A stretch of DNA of 20,325 nt from a virus, in the IMG/VR virus record IMGVR_UViG_3300045988_140777, positions 1 through 20,325 of that record, one strand, 5' to 3'. Within the stretch, counting starts at the first letter, position 1. Each line of letters starts with the position of its first letter. A model generated the notes under the pieces. That model was not told the DNA's origin and did not search any database. It saw only the letters and a program-made list of their open reading frames with translations. Shown piece by piece: positions 8,946 through 18,719 of this stretch. The translations under genes and the position numbers were made by a program.

Positions 8946-9177
8946 TTATAAACTTACTCAAGAATTAAATAAAAAAAATAAAGGAGAAAGCTCAAAAGAA
9001 GTATTTCCAGAACATGAATTTATAGCATCATCTTTGAGAATAGGTCTAAAATTAAATGACTTGAAAGAGTTAAGCTATGTTGATGTTATGAAAATTCTTT
9101 TGAGTTTCCTTCCAGGAGAAGAAAAAAAATATAAGAAAGCAACACAAGCAGATTGGGATAGACTTGCATTGTCATAG
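8559..9177 (+). CDS. Tail assembly chaperone GT-type fusion via +1 (or -2) programmed frameshift near 8937-8942
   Basis: Downstream frame reads IAFVDYKLTQELNKKNKGESSKEVFPEHEFIASSLRIGLKLNDLKELSYVDVMKILLSFLPGEEKKYKKATQADWDRLALS with no own start; frames overlap only at 8932-8945 around TGC TTT TGT TGA. Confidence 0.75.
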
Positions 9178-9206
9178 TCTATTTCAATTTTTTTATGAGG
9201 TGTAAT

Positions 9207-12200
9207 ATGGCAGGTAGTATTAAAGGAATAATTGTTGAAATAGGTGGAGATACATCAGGGCTACAAAAAGCTTTAAGCAAAGTTAATTCTGTATCATCTA
9301 GTTTGAGCAAAGAACTAAGGGGAATTAACTCTTTACTGAAACTAGACCCCAAAAATACAGAAATGTTGAAGCAAAAACAAGATGTACTAAATGCAAGCAT
9401 TTCAACAACTCAAGAAAAATTAAAACAACTACAAAGTATAAAAGATGAAGCTGACAAAATGATGTCAGAGGGCACAAAAATAAATGAAGAAAACTATAGA
9501 AGTTTACAAAGAGAAATATTAAAAACTCAAAATAAATTATCAGATTTAAAAAATGAAGCTTCAAACTGGAATAAAGCAGGTACATTCCTTACAAATCTTG
9601 GCAAAGAGCTACAGGAAGTAGGTTCTAAAATAGATAATCTAGGAACTAAACTAACAACAAGGTTATCAATTCCTATTACCGGAGCATTAAGTATAGCAAC
9701 AAAAGAAGCAATAGAGTTCGAAAGTGCTTTTACAGGTGTTACCAAAACAGTTAATGCTTCAGATGAACAATTAGATGAGTTAAAACAGGGAATTAAGGAT
9801 CTGGCTAAAGAAATACCATCTACGACTACTGAAATATCTGCTGTAGCAGAATCGGCAGGACAATTAGGAATACAGACGGAAAATATTCTGGACTTTTCAA
9901 AGGCTATGATAGATCTAGGAAATTCTACTAATTTAACATCAGAGAATGCTGCTTCTCAACTTGCTAAGTTTGCAAATATAATGCAAATGTCACAAAAAGA
10001 TTTTGATAGACTAGGCTCTTCCATTGTAGATCTAGGAAATAATTTTGCTACAACAGAAGCGGATATAGTAAATATGGCAATGAGATTAGCAGGTGCAGGG
10101 AAACAAGTAGGCTTATCAGAAGGGGAAGTGCTTGGTTTAGCAACAGCATTAAGTTCAGTGGGAATAGAAGCAGAGATGCGGTGGTTCAGCAATTTCTAAA
10201 GCTATGGTAAAGATGCAAAATGCTGTTGAACAAGGTGGCACGAAGTTAGATGCAGTATTAAAAAAGACAGGAATGACTTTAAGGGAATTAGAATTAATGT
10301 CTGCAAATGATTCAATGGGATTTAAAGAATTGTCTCAAAGTATTGGAATGACAAGCACAGAAGTGAAACAGTTAATAACTGCAGGAACAAACCTTGAAGA
10401 TTTTGCGAGTGTTTCTGGCATGACAGCTGAAGAATTTAAAAAGGCATGGAAAGATGATGCTGCAGGAGCTTTATCTGCATTCATAAAAGGATTAGGAAAT
10501 GCCCAAGACAAAGGAGAAAGTGCAATTACAATGTTGTCTGAAATGGGTCTTACAGAAGTTAGACTGAGAGATTCTTTGTTAAGAGCAGCAAATGCAGGAA
10601 ATCTGTTTAACGATGCTATTGAAACAGGCACCAAGGCTTGGCAGGAGAATACAGCATTAGCTAATGAAGCAAATAAAAGATATGCTACAACAGAGAGTCA
10701 ATTGAAAATTACAAGGAATAAAATAAAAGATATAGCTACTTCTTTAGGAGATAAACTTTTACCCACGGTAAACAAATTATTAGAAAAAGTAGAAAAAGGA
10801 ATAGAAAAATTTGACAAATTAAATGACAGTGAAAAGGAAAATATTATTAAGATTGGTTTAATGGTAGCTGCAGCAGGACCTTTACTTAAAATAGGTGGAA
10901 CAGCAATTACAACAATAGGAAAAGTAACAAAGGGAATTGGAATATTTACAGAAGCAATTGGTTTAGCAAAGAATGGAATAGGTGATGCAACAGGGGAAAG
11001 TGCCAAACTAGCAGAAATATTTCAAAAATTAACAAGTCCAGCAGGAATTGCAGCAGCAGGAATTACAACTGCAGTAGCAATAATTGTAACAGAAATAAAA
11101 AAAGCAGAAAAAGAAACAAGAGAAAAATTTTCTACTATGGGACAGGCAGCATCGGATTTTTATACGGGACTTCAAAGTGCAGAAGGATACTTAGAAAATT
11201 TCAATTCAACATTGTTTGCAAGTGCTGAAGAACAAGAAAATCTAAAGAATCAAATGGACGAAGTTCAAAAAGGAATAACAGAAATTTGTAAAACTGCATC
11301 TGATGAGCGTAGAGGATATACTCAAGAAGAAATAACTCAATTAGATGAATATTTTCAAAAACTACGTGAACTAAAAAATAGAGAAATAGAAATTCAACAA
11401 CAGATTGCATCTGCAATAACTCAACAAGCAGTAACAAATGCAGAAAATTTTCAAGGAAGTTTAGAAGAATATAAAGTACAGTCTCAAGAATGGATTGCTA
11501 CAGCTCAAAAGCAAGCAGATGCAACTATAAAACTAATTCAAGATGGTAGCATAGAAGAAATTGCATTATTAAATCAAAAATATGGTGATGAAGCCACAAT
11601 GCAAAACGAAGCCTATGCAACAGAATATAACAATGTTATTGCTCAAAAACAGGCAAAGATAGATGAAGCAAATAAAGAAGTAGCAGAAATTTCAAAAGTT
11701 TATGCAGATGGATATTATAAAAGAAGTGAAGACACTAAAAATTTTGCAGAAAGAATAAAAAGTATTGATGCTGAAACTGAAATCTTAAGAAAAAATCATT
11801 TTGAAACAATGCAGTATTATGAAAAAACATTTGGAAAAAATTCAAAAGATTATAAAGAAATGGCTTTAATAGAAGAAACAACCTATAATTCGAGAATGAA
11901 AAAAATATACGATAAAGCTTATGAAAATATGTCTAACTGGGAAGCAGAGCAGGTTGGTTCTTGGATAGCTCAACTTGCTGATACTGAACTTTATGGAACA
12001 AAATTAGATGAAGAAACCAAAAAAACAGTTGAAGCAATATTAAATAGTTATGAATTTATGCCAGAAGAAACAAAAAAAACAATGAATGAAACTATGAATG
12101 GGATGTTAGAAGGAATGAAAGACAAAGAACCAACTTTATGGGCAAAAGCTTCTAATATTGCAGATGGCATATTAAGTAGATTAAGAAAGTCTTTTGATAT

Positions 12201-12501
12201 ACATTCTCCTTCAAAAAAAACTAGGGACATTTTTCAAAATGTGATGAAAGGTGCTGAATTAGGACTTGAAGATGAACAAAAAAAATTAAATAAGCAAGTA
12301 GATGACATAACAAACAAAATGAAAACTAGTTTCTCTAATATAACACCTAATATAGGGGCACTTAAACAATCTATAATAGACCAAACTAAAACTGTATTTA
12401 CAACACCTACTTTAAACATATATGCTCAGGATGAATTAACACCAGCTAAGATAAATACAATTATTGATACTGTAAATCGTAGATTAGGAAGCAAATATTG
12501 A
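9207..12501 (+). CDS. Phage tail tape measure protein, one +1 shift at CGG 10179-10181 (1097 aa reconstructed)
   Basis: MAGSIKGIIVEIGGDTSGLQKALSKVNSVSSSLSKELRGINSLLKLDP...; joined product reads ...ATALSSVGIEAEM-G-GSAISKAMVKMQNAVEQGG...; RBS GAGGTG before ATG 9207. Confidence 0.93.
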
Positions 12502-12527
12502 TGTCGAATTTTGTCGAAAAGTTTTTC

Positions 12528-12556
12528 TTGTAATATTTTATGATATATTGTAAAAT
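12528..12556 (+). promoter_or_regulatory. Putative sigma-A-type promoter for the moron-like gene
   Basis: TTGTAA - 17 nt - TAAAAT inside the late operon, immediately before AAGGAGG/ATG. Confidence 0.6.
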
Positions 12557-12571
12557 AATTGCAAGGAGGAT

Positions 12572-13018
12572 ATGATGAAAAATATTATAAAAAAATGGTG
12601 GTTTTGGATTACTATTGCTTGTGTTATTCTTGTTGTAGTTTTAGGTATGATGAAATTCAAGGAACAAAAACAATTTAAAGATATGTATAAAACAATAGGA
12701 GAAAGCGCTTCTGATTTCTATACAGGAATAGAAAAAGCAGATACACATTTAGATGAATTTACATATAATTATGAAACAGGAGAAGTAGAATATAAGACAG
12801 ATACAAGTTGGCTTGATAAATACGAACAAATAAAAGTTGGAATGAGTAAAGAAGAAGTTGAACAAATATTGGGAGAAGGGTTTAAAACACCTGATATTGA
12901 AGATGGGTCTTTTTATTTAAATTGGGGAGAGGGACAAGGATTAAATAAAGGACAAGTAATAACAATTCATTTTACAAACAATAAAGTAACTAATAAAACA
13001 CAATTAAATATAGATTAA
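12572..13018 (+). CDS. Small membrane-anchored protein with BamE/SmpA-like KxGMSKEEVEQILGEG segment; moron candidate
   Basis: N-terminal TM segment WWFWITIACVILVVVLGMM; VGMSKEEVEQILGEGFKTPD...VITIHFTNNKV; own promoter and terminator. Confidence 0.65.
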   Translation: MMKNIIKKWWFWITIACVILVVVLGMMKFKEQKQFKDMYKTIGESASDFYTGIEKADTHLDEFTYNYETGEVEYKTDTSWLDKYEQIKVGMSKEEVEQILGEGFKTPDIEDGSFYLNWGEGQGLNKGQVITIHFTNNKVTNKTQLNID

Positions 13019-13045
13019 AACACTTGCAAAAGCAGGTGTTTTTAT
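13017..13045 (+). terminator. Rho-independent terminator after the moron-like gene
   Basis: ACACTTGC-AAAA-GCAGGTGT then TTTTTATT. Confidence 0.75.
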
Positions 13046-13068
13046 TATGCTCAAAAAGAGGTGAAAAA

Positions 13069-13916
13069 GTGGTAAGAGAATTTTATATAGAAAATGAAAT
13101 CGGGCAACGCTTTTCTATGATGAATATAGAAGAGAGTTGCTTTTTAAATTCTCCATCCCGGTTTGGGTTACTCCTATGATATTCAATATGCTCAAATTGG
13201 AAATGATTTTATGCAAAATATTAGAAAATTGAAACAAGGAAAAATAAATGGAGAATTAATTTTTAAAAAATATGATAATTATAAAAAAATTATAGATTTT
13301 GTCGAAAGTGCAGAAAATTTAAAGTTTGTTTATAAAGTTCCTTTCGAAAATGGTTTTACAGAGTATTTCAAAGATATAGACATATCTGATATTGATAAAG
13401 GAGAAATTCGGTACAGATGGCTTTTTAAGAGTTCCTGTAACGTTTAACTGTAAAACATTATGGTATGAGTCAAAGGAAGTTGTTTATACTATAGATTCTG
13501 TAACAAATGAATTGAGATGGGATTTTAAGTGGAGTCCTATTTTCGCGGCTTATGACAATAGGAATATAATTTTCGAAAACAAGGGACATGATACAGCTCC
13601 TTTTAAATTAGAATTGAACGGAGAAGTTGTAAATCCAATAATAACAATTTTAGAAGATGACGTAGAAGTAAAAAAACTTGATTTGACAGGCTTGACAATA
13701 GAAAATGGAGAAACATTTATTTATAATACAAAAGATACTTCGCAAGAAATTATAAAAATTAAAAATAATGTAGAGACAAACTTATTTGATTTTTTAAACC
13801 CAAACTTTATTAATTTTTATAAATTGAGAAAAGGAGTTTCGACTATAAGGCTTGAAGCTGCTGGGGAAATAACAAGTGGTAAATTAACAATATATGTACA
13901 GTATAAAGCTGTATAA
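13069..13916 (+). CDS. Phage distal tail protein (Dit), two +1 shifts at CGG 13159-13161 and 13409-13411 (281 aa reconstructed)
   Basis: GTG start after GAGGTG; three adjacent frame segments give ...ESCFLNSPS-G-LGYSYDIQYAQIG...DKGEI-G-TDGFLRVPVTFNCKTLWYESKE...; C-terminal VSTIRLEAAGEITSGKLTIYVQYK. Confidence 0.85.
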
Positions 13917-13930
13917 AAGGAGGAAGAAAA

Positions 13931-15002
13931 ATGTTAAAAGGACATGTGTTTAATTTGCAAACGTTTACATCAGAAGCGTTTGCACTTTTTATTGACAAGT
14001 TTCTAAATGGAAGATGTGGAGTTGCGAAAGGTTGTACGCTGTCTAACACAAATAATTCAGTAACTATAGCAGATGGATTTTTTGTTGTTAGAGGTAGATT
14101 TTTGGAAGTTATATCTGGGGTAACTATATCTAATATAACTAATAATGGATATTATAGTTTGATTTGTGAAATAGATTTAAGTAAAACAAACACTGCAGAA
14201 CAACTAAATCAAGCTACAATAAAAACTATTTCTAATACAAGTAATTTTACGACTTTAACTCAACAGGATATAACAGAAACTGGAACAATATATCAGTACG
14301 AATTTGCAAGATTTAAGGTTGAAAATGGAAGTATAACTAACTTTACAGACAAGAGAACATTTGTGGATTTTACAAGCATTTATACTTTAATACAAAATGA
14401 AGCACAAAGTGTGTTAGATGATATTGAAGAAGCACTACAAAATGTTTTAGATGGTAGTGCTTATTTATTAAAAACAGGAGGTACAATTAGTGGAAATTTG
14501 GAAGTTACTGGTGATATTACAGGTAGCCTTACTGGTAATGCTACTACTGCTACAGTTGCCAATAGTTCAAAAAGCTGTACGCGGCAATGCAGTTACAGCC
14601 ACTACAGCTAGCAATTCAAAAAAATTAGGAGGTAAAGATGCAAATGATTATAAACTAAAAGGAGATTTTGCAATATTAACAGGAACAGTAACAGGAGATG
14701 GAACAGAAGATTTAACTAAGAATACAACATTTCCAACAGGATTTAATAATACTAATTGTGTAGTAATTTCAAGTATGTTGCAAAATACAAAAACTCAAAA
14801 TGCAACATGGGGGACAGGAACTACACTTGACACAGCTTCTTATGTAAGAGGTACATTAGAACATTGTGTGTATCTTAATAATTCTGGAGTACATATTGAA
14901 GCTAGAAATATTATGATAAACAACAATGAAAATCCTCAGACTGTCGTTTTTTCTTCTAATGTTATATTTAACTATAAAATTGTCCTTATGAAAATATCAT
15001 AG
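13931..15002 (+). CDS. Tail fibre/receptor-binding-like structural protein, one +1 shift at CGG 14582-14584 (356 aa reconstructed)
   Basis: VTIADGFFVVRGRFLEV...; repeat-rich ...GDITGSLTGNATTATVANSSKSCT-G-NAVTATTASNSKKLGG... only when joined. Confidence 0.82.
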
Positions 15003-15017
15003 GAGGATTCATAAAGT

Positions 15018-16851
15018 ATGGAATTATATATATTATCAAATAAAAATTTAAAAATTCTATCCATAGCAAAATTAACCGATTATCAGATCAATTTAGATGA
15101 GGAAACAAACGCAAAATCTACTTTTATATTGGCTAAAACAGATGGATTAAACAAAGGTAATTTTTTGGTACTAAATGGATTATATAGGCAATTTTTATTT
15201 GTAATAGATGAGGTTAATACAGAAAAAGACAGTAATTTGGTAACAGTTACTGCACTTGATATTTCTAATATATTTGATAGAAAAGTTATAGAAAAAAATA
15301 TAGATACTATGAAAAGCAAGTCTGTTGAGGAGTTTTTAGCAAACACAATAACTGAAAATTTTATAAATTGTGGCGATAGTTTGCTAAATATTAGTTATAT
15401 AGATATTACATGTAAAACTGCTACAAAAACAACAGTAGCAACAAATTCAGAAGAAGGTTTGTATAATTTACATACTTTTCTAATAAACTGCAGGCAATAT
15501 AAAGATATTTATACTGACTTTAAATTTGTAAATAAAAGATTAAAAATAACGATAGAAAAAAAACAAGAAAGTGTAGCACTTATAGATACTACACTACCAG
15601 AAATCGTAGATTATAACAAAATTTTTGAGGAAGATGTTACAGCAAAAGTTCAAGTTTATATAAGAGAAAATGGCAATCAATATAATCTATATTTAAAAAA
15701 TGATAGAACAACTACAACCAATAAAGATGATCCAGATAGAATTAGTGGGAAAATTGAAGTAATAAGTGTGGATACAGAGGACAAAGCAGCAGAAGAAGCG
15801 TTAAACGTTATGAAAGGTAATAACTATAAACATTTAGTAGAGTTTAAAATAATAAAAACAAGTAAATTAATGGATATTACAAGACTAAGTGTACGGAAGA
15901 CCAATAAGAATAAAAACTGAAGAAGATATATATGATAGTTATATTTCAGCAATATCTTTAAATGATGAAAATTTTGTTTGCTTTAAAAGTGGAAGTTTAA
16001 GAAATACTTTGTTAGATAAGCTAAAAAAAGATAACAATGCTTTACAAAGACAAAGTGTAGTTAATAGTTTAAATAGCATAAGTGAGTCAGATGCACTTAG
16101 TGCAGCTAAGGGAAAAGAATTAAATGAAAAATTTAATAAAAAATACTATGGAGTAAGGAGTGCAGCATATCTTTTTGCGACTAAACAAATTTCTCCTTCT
16201 GGTACCAATGCTGGAACTTTAACTTTATTTGTTAATAACTTAGATTTTTATGATAAAGGAATTGCCGGTTTTGTGAATATAGATAGAGATGGTACAATGT
16301 ATGTTTCTACTATATCTCCAACATCACAATTTTTATCTAGTTATCAGAAAAAGTTTTGGGTACTTAAAGATGAGAATTACTTTTATTGTTTTGTCCAAGT
16401 ACCAAATTATAATGATAATTGGTTTATTGAAGTTTTAGATAAAACGGGTTTGTTCAACCTACAGTGGACTAAATATAGTGAAGATGAGTTTAGTAAATTT
16501 AAAGAAACACATCAAATAGTATCTAACAAAGCCGCTTCTATACAAGGAACTATACAGAGGACATTCCCAAGTTTGCTAAACGGTTGGACTGCATATACAT
16601 CTGGTGGGAACAAACTAAGTAAAACTAATAATATTGTAACATTACAACTAACTGTTAAGAGTGGTACAGCAAACAATATATGTCAATTACCAGCTGTTTA
16701 CTGTCCTCAACATGATGCATATTTCCCAGTAAATAACTTATCGGATAAAAGTGCAAGCGTAATTTTGATTACTAGTAGTGGTTATGTTAGAGCAGAAAGC
16801 AATGATATAGGTAAAAACTTATTTGCTAATGTATCATTCTTAACAAATTAA
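15018..16851 (+). CDS. Phage tail protein, ReqiPepy6 Gp37-like/Tal-like, one +1 shift at CGG 15894-15896 (610 aa reconstructed)
   Basis: ELYILSNKNLKILSIAKLTDYQINLDEETNAKSTFIL...; joined ...LMDITRLSV-G-RPIRIKTEEDIYDSYISAISLNDE... Confidence 0.8.
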
Positions 16852-16866
16852 AGAAAGGAAAAAAGT

Positions 16867-16929
16867 ATGGAAAATATAATATATTTTGTAATTTTAATAG
16901 CAACTCTTTCAACTAGGAGGTGTAGATAA
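16867..16929 (+). CDS. Possible 20-aa small hydrophobic peptide (MENIIYFVILIATLSTRRCR)
   Basis: GAAAGGAAAA upstream; sits where small phage peptides often occur. Confidence 0.25.
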   Translation: MENIIYFVILIATLSTRRCR

Positions 16930-17153
16930 TGGATAATACAATAATGTTAATATTAGGATTTGTTGGCTCCATGATACCAATTTTTTCGGTAATAATTAAA
17001 TTAAACAATACCATAACAAAATTAAATACAACAATAGAGGTGCTAACTGAACAAATGAAGTCTAGTCAAGAAGATAGAGATAAGATTCATGAGCAATTAA
17101 ATGATCATGAAACAAGAATATCAATATTAGAATCAAAAGGAGGAAAACAATGA
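16929..17153 (+). CDS. XhlA/holin-like small membrane protein with coiled coil
   Basis: TM segment MLILGFVGSMIPIFSVIIKL then heptad-like coiled coil; directly before endolysin. Confidence 0.6.
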   Translation: MDNTIMLILGFVGSMIPIFSVIIKLNNTITKLNTTIEVLTEQMKSSQEDRDKIHEQLNDHETRISILESKGGKQ

Positions 17154-18646
17154 ACAGAAAAACATTAATAATATCAATTGTAACAATTTTATTGGCATTA
17201 GCAGGAGTATTCTTTGGTATAGAATACACACAAGAAGATGTAGACAAAATCAGCGAAGGAGTAGAAACAATAGTAAATATAATAGAAGAGAATCAGTCTA
17301 CAAAAGAAATACCAGAAGCTTACGTAGAAGATGAGCAAAAGCTAGAAGAACAAGAAGTAGAAGATGAAGGCTTTGAACTTCAAGGAGAAATAGCATATAA
17401 CGGTTCTAGTGAATTACCAAATGTGAGTTTAGGACAATATACAGGTCTTACATATTATTCACAAATAGATAGCAGATGGAAAAATAAAATGTATAGCTCA
17501 ACAGGAAACAGTTCACAAACAATGGGTTCAAGTGCATGTGGACCGACATGTTCAGCAATGGTAGTTTCTAGTATAAAAGGAACAATATTGCCAACGACAA
17601 TGGCAGATTTATATGTACAATATGGATTTAGAAGTGCAAACAATGGAACTTATTGGAGTGCATTTAGGTGGACAGCAGACGTATTCGATATAGGCTACAA
17701 AGAAATATATAAACTAAATGATGTATGTGATTTACTAGAAGAAAACTATATGGTAATATCAGCTTGTGGAAACGGTTTATTTACAACAGGTGGACACTTC
17801 ATATTAATATATGGCTATGAAGATACAAACGGAAACGGACAATGTGATAGTGGAGATAGGCTAAAAATATATGACCCATATCTATATTCGGGTAAATTCA
17901 ACTTATCTACAAGACGTGGTAAGGCTCAAGTTGAAGGCAACACGGTCTATGTAGAAAAAGAAACATTTAGAGCTTATGCAAATTATAGTGGATTCTTTGC
18001 TTTTAAAAATGACAGAAGCAATAATACTGAAGTGAATAAAACAGATGTAACAACAGCAAGTTACACAAGATATGTAAAAGTAAATACTTCTTTAAATGTA
18101 AGAAGTGGACCTAGCACAAATTATAGCGTTGTAGGCAGAAAATACAACGGAGATAAAGTAACAGTTTACAAAGAAAGCTCTAATTGGAGTAATATTGGAA
18201 CAAATGAATGGGTGTCTAGTGATTATCTGACAGATAGTAACGTACAGATTACAAATACAGTAGGGCAATATAAAAAGCTAAAAGCAACAACTACATTATA
18301 CTCAAAATCAAATTTAACAGGCACAAGATATACATACTTAAAAAATACAAAAGTTAAGATATTACAAAATATATCAAGTACAATAGACTATATCTATATA
18401 CCAGCGACAGGTAGATACGCTTATGTAAATACTAGTATTTATAAAGAAACAACAGAACAACAAAATACTTCTTATAAAATTATGACAGTAACAGCCAGAA
18501 CTGGATTAAATGTAAGAAGTCAACCAACAACAAATAGTTCTGTTGTTACAGCCTACTCATGTGGAACAAAAGTTAAAGTATATTCAGTTGAAAACGGTTG
18601 GGCAAAAGGAACAAAGGGTTATATGTATGCAACATACCTAAAATAG
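17150..18646 (+). CDS. Endolysin-like protein: N-terminal TM/holin-like segment, C39-like cysteine peptidase, bacterial SH3 repeats
   Basis: MNRKTLIISIVTILLALAGVFFG; SACGPTCSAMVVSSI...GGHFILIYGYEDTNGNG; SH3b repeats LNVRSGPSTNYSVVGR and LNVRSQPTTNSSVVTAY. Confidence 0.88.
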   Translation: MNRKTLIISIVTILLALAGVFFGIEYTQEDVDKISEGVETIVNIIEENQSTKEIPEAYVEDEQKLEEQEVEDEGFELQGEIAYNGSSELPNVSLGQYTGLTYYSQIDSRWKNKMYSSTGNSSQTMGSSACGPTCSAMVVSSIKGTILPTTMADLYVQYGFRSANNGTYWSAFRWTADVFDIGYKEIYKLNDVCDLLEENYMVISACGNGLFTTGGHFILIYGYEDTNGNGQCDSGDRLKIYDPYLYSGKFNLSTRRGKAQVEGNTVYVEKETFRAYANYSGFFAFKNDRSNNTEVNKTDVTTASYTRYVKVNTSLNVRSGPSTNYSVVGRKYNGDKVTVYKESSNWSNIGTNEWVSSDYLTDSNVQITNTVGQYKKLKATTTLYSKSNLTGTRYTYLKNTKVKILQNISSTIDYIYIPATGRYAYVNTSIYKETTEQQNTSYKIMTVTARTGLNVRSQPTTNSSVVTAYSCGTKVKVYSVENGWAKGTKGYMYATYLK

Positions 18647-18684
18647 CTATTTTTAAGGTATACAAGTATATTAAACGAAAAAAC

Positions 18685-18718
18685 AGCTCTACACCAATTG
18701 TAGGGCTTAGTTTTTTTG
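18685..18718 (+). terminator. Intrinsic terminator after the lysis module
   Basis: AGCTCTACA-CCAAT-TGTAGGGCT then TAGTTTTTTTG. Confidence 0.75.
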
Positions 18719-18719
18719 A

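Noticed and set aside
10204-12501. Second tape measure ORF as an independent gene starting at ATG 10204
   Set aside because: No RBS; it continues the upstream TMP in +1 frame without loss of residues.
850-16851. Ordinary explanation of the six frame breaks as pseudogenes or indel sequencing errors
   Set aside because: All breaks are the same direction, all at in-frame CGG, all restore Gly, none lie in homopolymers, and there are no premature stops or deletions elsewhere. Raw reads are still needed to exclude a systematic artefact.
15889-16851. Independent gene starting at GTG 15889
   Set aside because: No RBS, and it begins in the middle of the joined Tal-like protein.
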